Origin: Camelus ferus
Lineage: Eukaryota
NCBI RefSeq assembly: GCF_009834535.1
Contig: NC_045696.1
Location: forward strand, 117,926,001 to 117,990,000
Length of the DNA: 64,000 nucleotides
Direction: 5' to 3'
Each line of letters starts with the position of its first letter. Within the stretch, counting starts at the first letter, position 1. Both the position numbers and the translations under genes were made by a program. The notes below the pieces were generated by a model, which saw only the letters and a program-made list of their open reading frames with translations, had not been told where the DNA came from and did no database searches. Of this stretch, positions 11,947-24,854 are shown piece after piece.

Positions 11947-12419
11947 GCAATAATTTTCACCCAATAATTTCAAGTTTTCCACTATGGGTAACAATTAATT
12001 TTAAGATACCTAAAAACAAACTCAGAAGAATAGAAAAGATCCCCGTGGTATTAAAAGCCTAAGCTCCACCATAGTATATTAACAAACAAAGCCCAAAATA
12101 ATTCGAGTATAATCGAAACAACAAAAAAAGTAAGTTAAATACAAAAGTTTCTCACTCTACATTGAGTGGAAAAGTCAACAAATGGTGGAAATGAGAAAAC
12201 TGTAAAAGGACTTGGGGTGGGGGAATGCTTCTATTTTAATAAACCAGATTGTTTCTAAATTGGGCATGGGAACTTCTCTCACACATGATGTTTATTTTTA
12301 TATTACTCTCCCCCTAAAAATAAGGTGTTTACCACGTGAGCAGAGCATACTCAAGTTTTCTGTTGCACATGGATGCAAATAAGGCTTCAATTCTTTCCTT
12401 CCTGCATCCAATGGGAGTT

Positions 12420-12850
12420 TATAGATTCTCCCACCAAGAAGATTCATCTAATGCCCCTCCTCTTGAATCTGGGCTTGCGTTTGCCAATAGCATGATGTCA
12501 AAATGGTCATGATCCAGTTTAGACTTTGGGCCTCAAGAGCCCTTCCATGGCTCCCCTCTGTTGGAACCTTGCCACGTACACGTGGACATGGCCACGTGGT
12601 CACGGCCAGGCTGATGTGGTAGGAGGGTAAGAGGCCTTGTGGAGACGAGCTGATTCATCCCAACCATGGCCATCCTAGAGCCACCGGCTCCAGCCAAGCC
12701 TCTGGCGGACCCCAGAGACATGAATGAGTCCCACGCAGATCAGTGGTCTCCCCAGCAGAAGCACTGGCATGTCAGGATAATAAATGGTCATTCATTTCAG
12801 CCAGGAAGGTTTGAGGGGGGTTGTTCCACTACAACAGCTAACTGCAACAC
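12420..12850 (+). mobile_element. MaLR LTR (MLT1F/G-like)
   Basis: ctcccaccaagaag...cctcttgaatctgggcttg...ataaatggtcattcatttcagcc...gttccactacaacagctaactgcaaca. Confidence 0.7.
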
Positions 12851-14119
12851 TGCCCTCATCGTCCTGCTAGGGAACCGGTCTAACCGGAACCCTACAGCAG
12901 CTTTGGCGGGTCTCTCTTTTATTGTTCTTGCCACGGGGGTGCTTTTCAAGTCAGTTTAAGGCAAGAAGCCATCTCAGAATTATTGAATGTAAGTGATTAA
13001 CAGGAAAAAAAAACCACCTCCACAGATAAGTTCTGTCAGAACAATAGCTCCTTCAAACCTCCAATGGTCTCCAGAGGCTTAAGAAGTTAAGAGTTCACTT
13101 TGGCAAGAAAGACAGAAAACACGCATGCCAAAATAAAACAACAGAAAGAATCCTGTGCAGTTCCTTTCCCTGTTATACCAATCAGCCATGTTCACCAAGG
13201 CTTATGTACTTTCTTCTTAATTTCTAAATAATTAGCCAGGACTTAATAGTAAGCAGGGGATTAAGTGAATCGCCGTTCACTTCTTTTTTTTTTTTTTTTT
13301 TTTTTTTTTAAGTCATACGTGGGATTTTGTTCCCCTCGCAGTTACCAGATAATCTGCCATTTCACTGTCCTGGGCAAAGATAAAAATCTAGGCACCTGCC
13401 AAACCAAAAGAAAAGAAGAGAAATTGGGAGAAGGAGGGGGGAGGAGGGAGGCTTTGTCCGATGTAACTGCTCGCTGGCCTATATGAGAAAGAATGACGAA
13501 TTAGCTCACAACCCGCCACAAACCGAGGTGTCACATGCAGGTGAGGACTTTTAAAGCACATCCCAGTTGCCACAGCTACCATTTTGCAAAATGAAGCAAT
13601 GGAATTATCAAATGAAATTTTGGCTGCATTTCCCATGGGGGTTCAATACATTGTTTTGCTATTGCCAGCCCTTCCCTCCACATTTGCTTTGATAGTTTCA
13701 GTTCTAATTGGGCATTGTTTTAGGAGCTGGCTCATTTTCTGATGTATTTTTTACCATGTCAAAAGCTGAAATTAAAAAAAAAAAATCATCCTTTCTTTTT
13801 TGTTTCTTTTTGTCGTCTCCTTCCAAGTATGTGTGCCTACACGTATATTGTTTACGGACTTATAATTGGATAAAGAATAGTTTCATTCCTGCTCAAATTT
13901 TGGAAATTCAGAGTTTACCTCCTGATGGTATGTAGAACCTCTTGTTTTACCTACCAGATTTTGGAATTGTGGCATCTGGGATTTGTTAATGCACCTGTAA
14001 ACCTTGTAAACCTTCATTTGTCCAGTGTTGGAATGTTTTACCCATAGAGATGAAATAAGAGCAGACACTCAGAAGACTCTTTGTCCTTGCCTCCCATAGC
14101 AGACTTTTTTTTTTTTTTT

Positions 14120-14675
14120 TTGAAGCAATCCCTAGAACTCATTTCCTCCCTCTCCCTTACTAACTTCATCCTGAATTTTTGAGACACGTGGTTTGGGTGG
14201 GATTGACCCAACTCCTAGTTCCATTCGGTCATGTATTTGCTTTAGCTAATCAGTATGTCCAATTAACTGGGTATTTTCTTAGGCTTATCAATGTATCCCA
14301 CTGACCTAGCCGCAGGAATTAGCTCAGGGATGGGAGCATCATCGTAGGCAGGCACGGGTGAGAGCTGGAACACAAGCCAGTCGGGGCCTGGGAGATTCCA
14401 GGATTTGTCTGAGCTTTTGTGAGCTGCCGAGAGCCAGTTTTACACAAGAGGAGCCCATCTCAGAGTGGAAACAATCTTGAAGAAGATGGGCTAAGAAACA
14501 GAGAGGAAGGAAAAGCAAAAACAAAATCTGGGTCATAGACATCCTTTGAGCCCTAGAATAAAGCCTCATCTGAAATATTTCCTCTGCGTCAATCAATTAT
14601 AGAAGACATAAATGCTATTTTCTTCTTTAAGTTTGAGTTGGTTTTCTTTTTTGACATAAAGTGTTCTAATCAAAA
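14120..14675 (+). mobile_element. Old MaLR LTR (MLT1J/K-like)
   Basis: gacatcctttgagccctaga...tttaagtttgagttggttttc...gttctaatca resembles the MLT1J/K 3' part. Confidence 0.55.
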
Positions 14676-15059
14676 AATTAAAATTTGAAACAGAACTATC
14701 TAAAGATAAAATGGCAAGCTTTGGAAATGAATGAATTTCTCCTGAAGAGTTCTCAAACAGGATCGGAATAGCAGAGAGGAAATTCAAGCATCTGAGGGGT
14801 GGTTTTGTTTTAAGATTTCTGTCTACCCTTCCATCCTGAGAAGTGGATCCAAACCACACCAGGGCCAGATCAATACTAAACCCAGAGTGCATCTCACCCA
14901 GATGGATAATTGGGTCACAAACAAGCCAAGTAGAGAGGATAAACTCAAGTCAAACACTCAGACACCCTTGAAATATGTGATGCACCAAATGATTACTCTG
15001 GATTCCCTCTTTTTACACTATGGGACTCTCAGTCTGAGGGAGCCATCCTTGTGGGAAAA

Positions 15060-15483
15060 TAGAAACCCCTCTAGACATTAAACTGAGAAGCCAAACAGGG
15101 ACAGGAAGACAACCAGAGGTTGCAGCTGCAGGAATCTGGTGCTCCGCTAGGCTGGAGGTTCAAAGTGGGGAGGCAGTGTTAGCAGAGCCCAGGGGGAGGA
15201 GAGAGGCCAGAGCCACAGAGCTGGAGTCCAATGGGAGTGGACGCATCAGAGGACGTTCAGCTCCTGCTGGTGACGCTGCACACACCAGACAGAGAAAAGG
15301 AGAAATAGCCTGCTCCCTCCTCCCATGCTCTAGTTTCTTGTGAGGACCTCCTTGTAGCAATGCAGCCAAAAGACCCCTGATCAGGGACCCCGAGAAAGGC
15401 AGCCTGTAATTATCAGCTCTTCTGTGACACAGAGCAGAGCAGGAGGAGGACAAGGAATAAATCTGAGCCAAGGACCAGCACAG
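15060..15483 (-). mobile_element. ERVL LTR remnant (LTR41/LTR40-like)
   Basis: tcagctcttctgtgacacagagcagagcaggag...ccagcaca end motif; related piece at 16830-17040. Confidence 0.45.
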
Positions 15484-15689
15484 AATCTAATCCACATGGA
15501 ACGATGATCTCCCGCTTTTTTAAGTGCGTCTATTTCAGTTAGCACAGACTGATGGGGGTAAAATCATAGAATGTTCTCTGTCTCCATCCACAGTCATATT
15601 GAAGCTAACATCTGAGAGAGTCGGTGAAATGCCCAAGGTATTTATTTAGTCAGAGCTTGCTGATTTGCAGTACATGCATTCCACACACC

Positions 15690-16800
15690 TGGTCCTCCTG
15701 CTCAGAGCTTTTTTCTCCCACAATGTCACTGCACAGAGACCCCAGCCTAACAGTTGGATGGGCCAAATCCTTGACTTTGTTCTATCTCTTTCACCCCAGA
15801 TCACATCTGTCAGCAGAGCCTAACAGCTCTACCTTCAAAATACATCCAGAAGCTGAATATACCTCCGTCTGCAGAGGAAGCACTCTGATCCTGGCCACCA
15901 CCACCTCCACCACCATCAGTGAAACCTGTATCACCACAGCCGGCTCATAACACATTGCCTTGCCTCTGCTCTTGTCTGTCCTCACCCTATACCATGGAGT
16001 AACCAGGGTGAGCCTTTTAATACATAAGTTTTCTAAAATTAGAGTCACTATGATCCAGCAATCCCACTCCTGGGCATACATCCAGAGGGGACTATAATTT
16101 GAAAAGATACATGTACCCCGATGTTCATAGCAGCATTATTTACAATAGCCAAGACATGGAAGCAACCTAAATGTCCATCAACAGATGATTGGATAAAGAA
16201 GCTATGGTCTATTTATGTGGTGGAATAATACTCAGCCATAAAAAAGAATAAAATAATGCCATTTGCAGCAACATGGATGGACCTGGAGATTATCATATCA
16301 TGAGGGAAGTAAGTCAGACAGAGAAAGACAAATACCATACGTTATCACTTATATGTGAAATATAAAAAAATGACAGAGATGAACTTATTTACAAAACAGA
16401 GACAAATTCACAGACATAGAAAACAAACCCATGGTTACCAAAGGGCGAAGTGAGGGAAGAGGGATAAAATGGGAGTTTGGGATTAACAGATACAAACTAC
16501 TATATACAAAATAGATAAACAACAAGGTCCTACTGTATAGCACAGGGAACTATTTTCAATAGCATGTAATAAACTATAATGAAAAAGAACACAAAAAAGA
16601 ATATATATATGTTTATAAATATATAACTGAATCATTATGCTGTACACTAGAAACTAACACAACACTGTAAATCAAAAATACTTCAATAAGTAAATAAAAT
16701 GTAAGTTTGTCCCTGTCACACATCTGCTCGAACTTCCGATGGCTCCCATCCCCTTCTGAGTGTCATAAGTCCAAGGAGATCCCTCTGGAACAAGGCCACT
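15690..16800 (+). mobile_element. L2 fragment interrupted by an L1 (L2 pieces ~15690-16030 and ~16700-16800)
   Basis: ctctaccttcaaaatacatccagaa...cagggtgagccttttaa, then gtaagtttgtccctgtcac...gatggctccc: continuous L2 motif. Confidence 0.65.
16033..16698 (+). mobile_element. 5'-truncated young L1 3' end
   Basis: tatgatccagcaatcccactcctgggcata...aagacatggaagcaacctaaatgtccatc; same subfamily type as 2736-3369. Confidence 0.95.
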
Positions 16801-16829
16801 TCAAGTCTAGCAAACTCATCTTAGATGAT

Positions 16830-17040
16830 GACCCTGCTGTCATTCAGTCCTGGTGGGGATGGAGCCATGCTTCATTTTCTCACCCTGTCTCCCACTTCCC
16901 AGCCTTATTCCAGTGCCAATCAAAAGCCAGAGGTCAAGGAAGCTCAGTAGATGCCATCCCTAGATATTAGCCTCCAGGGTCCCAGAGAAAGAAGAAAGAA
17001 CATGAAGAATGGGTCTGGAGGGACAGGTGGAGAACACTAG
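16830..17040 (-). mobile_element. ERVL LTR remnant (LTR41-like)
   Basis: aagccagaggtcaaggaagc...tagcctccaggg...gggtctggagggacagg. Confidence 0.45.
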
Positions 17041-17086
17041 TTTTTGTCTAGAAGAAGTGAGAAGTCAGCATATCATGGAAGACTTT

Positions 17087-17631
17087 GTAACCAGTTTTGC
17101 ATTGTCATGCAATAAATCCCACAAACTTAGCATCTTAGAATAAAGCCATTAATTACCTCACCTTCCTGTAGGTCAGAAGTCCAGGCCTGCCGAACTGGTT
17201 CTCTGCTTCAGGGTCTCACCAGGCTATAATCAAGGTGGTGGCCAGCCTGCATTCTCATCTGGAGGTTTGACTGGGGAAAGTTCTCCTCCCAGGCTCATTT
17301 AGGCTGTTGGCAGAATTCAGTTCCTTGTGGTTGTAGGACTGAGGCCCTCCATTCTTACAGGCTTCCTGCACTTCTGACATGTGAGCCTTTCCAGAGATGT
17401 TCACAATGTGGCTGTTTATTTCTGCAAAGCCAGCAGGGGGACAAGAATGATTCCAGGGAGATGGAGTCTTAAATAACATAACAAATACTGGAGTGACATC
17501 TCATCACCTTCACCATGTTCTACTGAGTGAAAACAAGTCATAGGTCCACTCATACTCAGGGGGAGGGGATGACACAAGAGCATTGATAACGGAGGGCAGA
17601 GTTCATGAAGGTTAGAGTTTGTCTGCTACAA
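17087..17631 (-). mobile_element. MaLR solo LTR (MLT1D/E-like)
   Basis: ccacaaacttagc...gtaggtcagaagtccagg...gttggcagaattcagttccttgtggttgtaggactgagg. Confidence 0.85.
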
Positions 17632-18274
17632 TTCATTGAAAATCATATTAACACTTTGATATTTTATCCTAATGCCAATAAAAGGTACTTGTCCAAAGAA
17701 GGTACTGAACGGAGGAGTGGCAGAACTAGGTCTGCACTTTGAGCCTCACTCTGGTTCTGATACAGGGGATCAACAGAAAATGCAGGGGGGTCTACTTAAG
17801 GCCACAGAGTTAGTTAGTGGCTGGGCCAAGGCTACAGCGCTTTGAGAATTACCACACTCCAGTGATATTACCAAGTCCCTTTTTATTCCATGATGCCATA
17901 TTTCTCTGCATATACAAGATGATTAAATGCCATATTTAATAGCATTGCATCAATATGAAGGGTAGAGAAGTGACAGGGAGACTATTTTGGTTAGCAAATA
18001 TTTGGACTTGGTCTTACATAAAATCTAAAACAAATTCTGAGTTTAGTTTTCCCCCTTTTACAGCGTTTATATGTGTGGAATCATTCTTTAGGGGAAAAGT
18101 TATTTTTCCTACGTGTCCTCTGGGGTAGCACTGGATCCCTCACAGTGAGAGAACTCGGAGTTCAGCTGCTGGCCCCCCGGGATCCAAGCAGACCATCTCA
18201 CGTGCTGCTGGCAGGAATGTCATTAGGCATAGCCTTTCTGGGGAGAAGCAGCAAAATACGTATTTGAAGCCTTG

Positions 18275-18467
18275 CGGTGGTGTGTTGGTTCACGAGAAGC
18301 AATTGTTAATTTTCAAAAACATTTTAAGGGCGGTGTTAAACCATTGGTAGCTTGAAATCAACTCTGGTGGGAGTATTTATAACACAGAAATGGGCAAATA
18401 CTGCAAATCAAGGCTTTTTTCCCCCTCCTGCAAGCCAGTTATTAAGCATTTACCAGCACAGCACTGC
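18275..18467 (+). mobile_element. MER63-like hAT-Blackjack MITE
   Basis: cggtggtgtgttgg...ttggtagcttgaaatc...ggtgggagtattta...catttaccagcacagcactg with inverted ends. Confidence 0.8.
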
Positions 18468-18469
18468 TT

Positions 18470-19080
18470 TAAGGTGTTCAAACCCTCCTGACAACTCTAC
18501 TGCGAGGAACACTCAGTGAAGCACAGAAATACATATAAGAAAGGTCTTTGTGGAAAAGAAAGTTGGAAATAACCTAGATACCCAAGAGGAAGCAGTAGGT
18601 TAAACAAGATCCAATATGATCAATAAAATCACATTTTTAAGTCTACTTGATAACATGAGAAATGATTAAGGATATAATAAGGGGAAATCGGAATGTCAAA
18701 CTCCATACATAGTATAAGAGGAATTTTGTGGGGAAATACTATGTATGTACATACATATGGAACTTTACCTTATTTTTTTCCAGTTTTATTCATATATATA
18801 CACACATATATAAATGACATACAGCATTGTGTATGTTTAAGGTGTACAATATAACGACTTGATATATGTATATATTGCAAAATGATTCCACAATAAGTTT
18901 AGCTACCAGTCATGACCTTTACATAGAATTAAAAAAAAAAAACAAACCTGAATGGTAGCAATGATATCTTTGAATGGTGGGATAAAGTTGACTTTTATTT
19001 TCTTCTTTATATTTTTGTATATTTTCTAAATATGCTGTGATAAACATGTATTGCATTTGTATTCAGGCAAAAAAAAAAAA
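18470..19080 (+). mobile_element. Old L1ME-like 3' fragment containing a short antisense L1 3' end (~18770-18930)
   Basis: ttggaaataacctagataccc...; internal tttaaggtgtacaatataacgacttgatatatgtatatattgcaaaatgatt. Confidence 0.55.
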
Positions 19081-19705
19081 ATCCAAACAGATGCTGTCAA
19101 GAAAAAAATATGCAAGGTCAGGAGAACCTGGAAAACACAGACTTAAATTCAGCCATCACTTCCTGCACAGCAGACATGCTGTGCCAGAATGCCACCTACC
19201 CATCAGGGATGGATGACATATTATCTGCATCCCAGGTGTAATAGGATGGTGACTCTGGATTGAAGTGGTTCTGTGTATTTTTACTTCTCTGAGTTCTTCA
19301 GGATGTGGCCTGTTTTAGTTTTCAGAACATTGCACAGAATTGCACCTCTAACCTCAACCCCATTAAAGCAGTGAGTTAAGCATGGAACTTATCACGTATA
19401 GCTTAGTCTCCACTTAACATCCCTCTCAAGGCTTCTATGTTAAAGGAGCCTCATTTTTCCACTTAAAAGGAAGGACATGAGCTGGAGTGACTCTCTGGGC
19501 TCTGCCTCCAGCTCACGCCTCTCATGGCAGCTGTGACACAGCTAGGGGCAGGCCCTTTTTGGAGCCAGCCTGGCCAAAAGACACAGGCATTCTGAACTGC
19601 TCTCTGCCCTGGGGACTGCCTTCCATGCCCTCCATCATGGGGACACCTGCAGCTGACCAGTCGCACCAACGACCAGAGGTAAGTGCTGATTTCACTGGGG
19701 AATAG

Positions 19706-20147
19706 TGTCAACTGGAAAAAAGAAATGCACCTCCTGAAAGTTGAGAATTAGGTTTTATTCGGCGGGTGTACTGAGGACTTAAGCCGGGGAAACAGCCCTT
19801 CAGAGACCCCTGAGAGGCTGCTCCAAAGAAGTAAGGAAGGAGCCAGGATACATAGGAGTTTTTGCCACAAAACCAGGTTGTCAGAACATGAAAAGATTAC
19901 TGTCAACTGAAGAAAAAAATAAACATCCCAAGATAACATATTTAGCACTTTTCTATGTATGGGGAAGATGCAAGAGTCTGGGCTTAATGAAATTATTCCT
20001 TTGATGTGCGCCTCAACTATCTAGGGCCATCTTTTCCATCGTGAGTCCCCTCAAGGGATACCATGGGGGGCAGCTGCAGTGCCTGATGGCTTGATGGCCA
20101 CAACATCCTTTGTTTGCTGATATGGCAGGCAACACTCTTTGTCCACA
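19706..20147 (-). mobile_element. ERV1 solo LTR, MER41-like
   Basis: TG...CA termini, reverse poly(A) signal ttttatt near the left end, near-perfect 4-bp TSD atag/acag; sequence resembles laurasiatherian MER41 LTRs. Confidence 0.75.
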
Positions 20148-21090
20148 ACAGGCAAACCCACTTGGCCACAGATCTAACCCATGTTCTCCAATCAACTTTA
20201 TCAGGAATCAAGGCAATCTGATTTCCTACCCTCCAGAATGCATCTATCAATTTACCCCACATTTGAAAGGAGAAGAAAGAGGCGTTGATTCTCAGCCTCC
20301 TTTAAACCCCAACACCGTCCATCTGTGTCTTTCTAGAGCAGATACTGCTGAAGACCATGGTCAAGTCTTACATTCCCATTTTTGTATCCAGAGCACTTAG
20401 CGTGGACACTTATGCACAGAAGGGCTCTGTAGAAGATGCAGGGTGTGGGGGAGGGAGAGGGCTGGTCAAAGAAAATGACGCAGAAGGGCTTCTCTTTACC
20501 TGCTACTCCTTACTCATATTTCCTGCTGAATTCAGGAGAGGGGGACCCTTCTCTCAAGCAGATTTTGGCCCATGATCCCCATTCCTGGTTTAATGGATGG
20601 CACAGCATTTGTGGCTTAAATAATTTATCGTGATCAGTGGGAACTAACACAAGGTGAAACGGGGTCTCATCTGAGAAAAAGCCTTAGCAATGACAGACAG
20701 GGGAGAGGTACGGCCATCAGGTCTTAATTACATTCTGTCTTTTCTTGGCTGTCTCCAGCTTTCTTGTCTCTCCCTCTGCTAACACATATTTTAAATAAAG
20801 TGAAATTTTCAAAGGGGAGAGCCCTCTTGGTACACAATGCCACTTTCTGTCACCTCGGCCAGAGCCCCCTGACTCACTCACTCCTGAAAGTCATAGCGCC
20901 GTTTCCTCCTTCTCATCAACTGGTACCAATTAAACACCTTCTAGGTAGGGAAATAATTTGTTTAACTGCATAAGAAAATGGCCACTTCAAGCCCTTTAAG
21001 AATTTGGGTTCTCAATTACCCAGCCTTCCTTCTCCTGTGAAGTGATAATGAGAGTCTGGATGATAACTGGATTACCAGGGACATCTCTCC

Positions 21091-21139
21091 TGACAGTCAT
21101 TTAACACCTAATCAAGTGTTAAGGTCGTAAATTATGCAT
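21091..21139. promoter_or_regulatory. Candidate developmental enhancer core (MEIS, inverted T-box pair, posterior HOX, POU motifs)
   Basis: tgacag; ttaacacct-aatc-aagtgttaa; ggtcgtaaa; attatgcat, all within 49 bp of repeat-free sequence. Confidence 0.5.
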
Positions 21140-21233
21140 TTCTCAACAGCATCCAGGCCCATTTGAAAACAATTTGAAACAGTTCAAGAGTTCCTAGATG
21201 GTCTTCAGTTTTACAGGGCTGTGAAGGGTCCTG

Positions 21234-21293
21234 CTTAAAGGAATTACCCGCTTAGAAGAATTACCTGGTTAAAAGAATTACCCACTCAAAGGA
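21234..21293 (+). repeat. 17-bp tandem repeat, 3.5 copies
   Basis: cttaaaggaattacccg / cttagaagaattacctg / gttaaaagaattaccca / ctcaaagga. Confidence 0.85.
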
Positions 21294-22489
21294 CTCAAAG
21301 GGTAAGACTCTCGGTTCTTTAATCAGCTACAGATCTTTTTTTTTTTTTTAACTGACAATTGAGTAAGACGAAACGGAGTGTTTCCCAGTGTCAGTGCACC
21401 TCTCTGGGAAACTTACATAAAAAGACAGATTCTGGGGGAAAAAAAAACTGAAAAGAGGAAAAAAATGAAGAGAAGGAAAAGCCTTACAATTTTGTTTCGC
21501 TCATGACTTGTCCAAAATCAGATCTGAAAATGGAAAGTTCGAGACTAAAAACTACAGACTATGGTTCTGAGTTCTGACGTCTGATGCAGAGGGGAAGGTA
21601 TTCTGCGTGGGTTGGGGTGGAGGATGGGTCAGGAAGGACTGAACAAGAAGGTTCCACACTTGGCTCATCTGGTCACCTTGAAAGAAAACCGAGCTTCCAT
21701 TGGGCTGTGGCTCTTCTGATGACACTGGTGGTGTTAGGACAGCTCATCTTCCACCTTCAGTGCCATTCACCCCCGCTGCCAGCTAAAGTCATGTCTCAGA
21801 AAGCAGCGATCACCATAGTCTTATATTTTACAGTGAAATTTTCCCATCAATTGGTCTATCTATTGGTTCGTCTGTCTTCCCTCCATTCCCCAGGGCAGAA
21901 AGGCACTGGGTGTCATCTGCGTGTATGGTAGGTATCTCTCACCCCTCTTTAATAAAAGCAGCCGCACTTCTTTCCAAGCCTGCTTGCGAATCAGCCTTCC
22001 TCTTGGAAGGAGGCATGGTGTAATTGGAGACACAGATTACTCCACCTAATTGTACTAAGAGAAGTCTCCTACTCCAGTCCAGCCCAATTCAATTAGAAAC
22101 TTGTAACCGCTTAATTTTATCTGAAGAGCCTCGCAAAAAGGAAAAAACCTGTCTTCTCAGAGGAACAAGGAAAGTGTTTTTCGTCCCCCTTTCTCTTTCC
22201 CTTCTTCCCACCTCAGGATGCCCCACATACACACACAAAAATAAGAACTGGACATCCAAAATGAAGGCAGCCATGTTAGAGCACGCCATTCACTGAAACA
22301 TCCTGAATGGTTTGTGTGGCAGATACACTCAGTCTCTCCAAAATAAAGATCCTTTATTTTACTATATTTGAAAAAAAAAAAAAAAGAGAGAGAGAGAGAG
22401 AGAACAGAAATGGTGTAAGCTACATGAATACCTGGGCCAGCACAAAAAAGCCTCTTGCCCGATCTCTTAGCCTAGCTTTAAATCAAAAT

Positions 22490-22975
22490 CATCATGGTCA
22501 CTGTCCTGCTTAAGCATCCCTGATGGCTGCCCACAACTAATTTGATGAACTCTAAGCACCATTCGGAGACCCTCACAATCGGGCTCTGACTGAACCTTCC
22601 ACCCCGTCCTCCATTGTTTTCCATCAAATAGGCACGACGCCCCCGCCGTCACACCCATTCTGCCAAGCACATTCTGCACATTCTCATCTCTCTGTCTTTG
22701 CTCCCACTGTTCCCTCTGCCCCCAGTCGCCTTTCCCCACTCCTTGGGTGCAAAGCCCTATGCACTCATCAAGACCTAACTCAAATGCCACTGTAGCCCTT
22801 TCCTCTGCCAGCCGATATAAAATGAATGGTCCAGCCCCTGGGCTCACCTGTCACTTTTCCACATGGAGACTAGTTTTATCATCATTTGTATGTCTGTTTC
22901 CCTCGGGAAATTATAAATTTCCTGAGAGCCGTAATTACATTACAGTATTTCTAGTACCTGGTATAATTAAATAAA
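22490..22975 (+). mobile_element. L2 fragment
   Basis: atcatggtcactgtcctgcttaagcatccctgatggctgccca...ctttgctcccactgttccctctgcc...ttcctgagagcc. Confidence 0.65.
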
Positions 22976-24854
22976 TAAATATTTTCTAGAAAGGTATTTT
23001 AGAAAGAAATCAGGTTTTCTGTCTTCTAATTTTTAAATGAGATCTTGGAAACTGGTTTTTCAAAGTTTGTAGATGTCTTTTTATGTTGTTCAAACCCAAC
23101 TTTTGAACAGTAGACCTCACAGCAAACCACTACTTTAAAATTCAGAGACGTTCAAGACTTGGTCTTACAGTCATTTTTTTGTTGTTGTTGTTCCTTTAAT
23201 CTTTCCCATGGAGTTGCATGTGTTTAGATATGTTTTCACTTGCAGTCAGGTTTGATTGGGGGGAGGGTCTTCTGCTCTTTGTAAATCCCGGGTGTGTGTC
23301 ACATGAACAAAATGTTCCCCTCTCACTGGAATATTGACAAAAATAAATCACTTGCAAAGCAGACTCAGGTGATAATCTCCTGAATTTTGAAAGGGTTTCT
23401 TTTACCAGGATGCTAAAAAGTGTATGATAAATCATGATAATCATGATCATTAAAGTGGAGTCGTTAACATATAAATCGTTTGACTCATATAAAAGCAGTG
23501 TCCCAGCTGATGTACAAATTAGATGTATATCGAGCTGGGTCAACAGATACATCACTCGGGAGGGTAGCTTTCCTAAGGCGAGTCCCCGCTCTTGGACATT
23601 CTCAAGACACGGAGAGCAGTCAGGCTGGAGACTCACTCTCAAAGGGCTAGGAATCCCCACTGATGCGGGCTCCAAATCACCAGCGTGGATGCCCCACCAG
23701 GCTCTCACTTAGGCTGGGAATTTGCACCCAGGCTTTGCTCTAAATCCTGCCTCAGGACCGCTCTCCAGCCTCATCCTTCCATCCTCCCACATGAACGGCC
23801 AGGGCTCCAGTATCCAGATGTCCCTGTGGACAGGCAAACCAAGTTGATATCCTCCCCTCTCACCCAGCTTCCACTCCATGGTCTCAAGCCCCCAGGCTCC
23901 CCGATTTTGAGGCATCTCCAAAGCCTCTTTCTTTCTCTCTACATCCTAAAAGTTATCATGTTGGACAATGATATAAAAATATCATTAAATCTCATTAACA
24001 AATGAAGGAGGGTTCATGAATACTGAGAGACAGAAATATAAGATCTAAGATGAAGTGGCCCCATAAAGGAGGAAAAAAAGAAAAAGCAAAAGCAGGTGCT
24101 GAGGGCAAAGCAAGATCTAACCTTTGCCAGTTACCATATGAGGACCATCACTGTTTATCAGTCATATTCCTCAAGACTGAAACCCCAGGCACCTGCCTCT
24201 GTAACCTACAATACTGTCCCAAAGGTTCAGCCCGCTCTGCCCTCCTCAAAGGAGGGCCCTGATGACCCCGTGGAGTAGGGGTAGTGGCAGGGCAGGAGGG
24301 GTGGGTCTTGTTAAAGCAAAAAGAGGAGAATGGGACACTTCAGAGTGTCTGCCCCACGGATGAATGTGTGGCACATGGGTACCATTAAATAAGATGAAAT
24401 CTCATAGCGAGAATGCAATTCCCCAAAGGCTCAATTATTTTTAGAGCCTTGTGATGAATCAAAGCTAAGTGTCATGCTGGTGCTACCACATCTTTAACAC
24501 CTCTTAAGATTTTCACGTTTCCCTTTTTCACAAAGAGAGGGGAAACCTCAGGCTCAGAGCCTTGGCCAGTCTACTCCACGCAACCAGGTTTTTAATACCA
24601 TTGGTTTGTGTCTGTGATACTGAATTTTACACTTATTTCCTGTTTGTGGTGAGTGATGCTTTCTATTCATTATATTCATATGACCTTCTTTTTACAATAA
24701 ATTATTTAACGTGAAAAAACAAGTCCGTTTAACGTAAAATAGAGAGTAAATAAAAGTGCAGGCTTGCACAATGGTGGTAAAAATTAGAAAGGACGACTGA
24801 AGTTTGGGAAACATCATTATAATCATCAGAGTGGGATGACGAGGCCAGAGGGCC

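Noticed and set aside
13263..13309. Hairpin (aagtgaa-tcgccg-ttcactt) followed by a long T run, resembling a bacterial intrinsic terminator
   Set aside because: Mammalian DNA, weak AT-rich stem; poly-T runs are common here.
21234..21293. CRISPR-like array
   Set aside because: No unique spacers, eukaryotic context and no cas genes.
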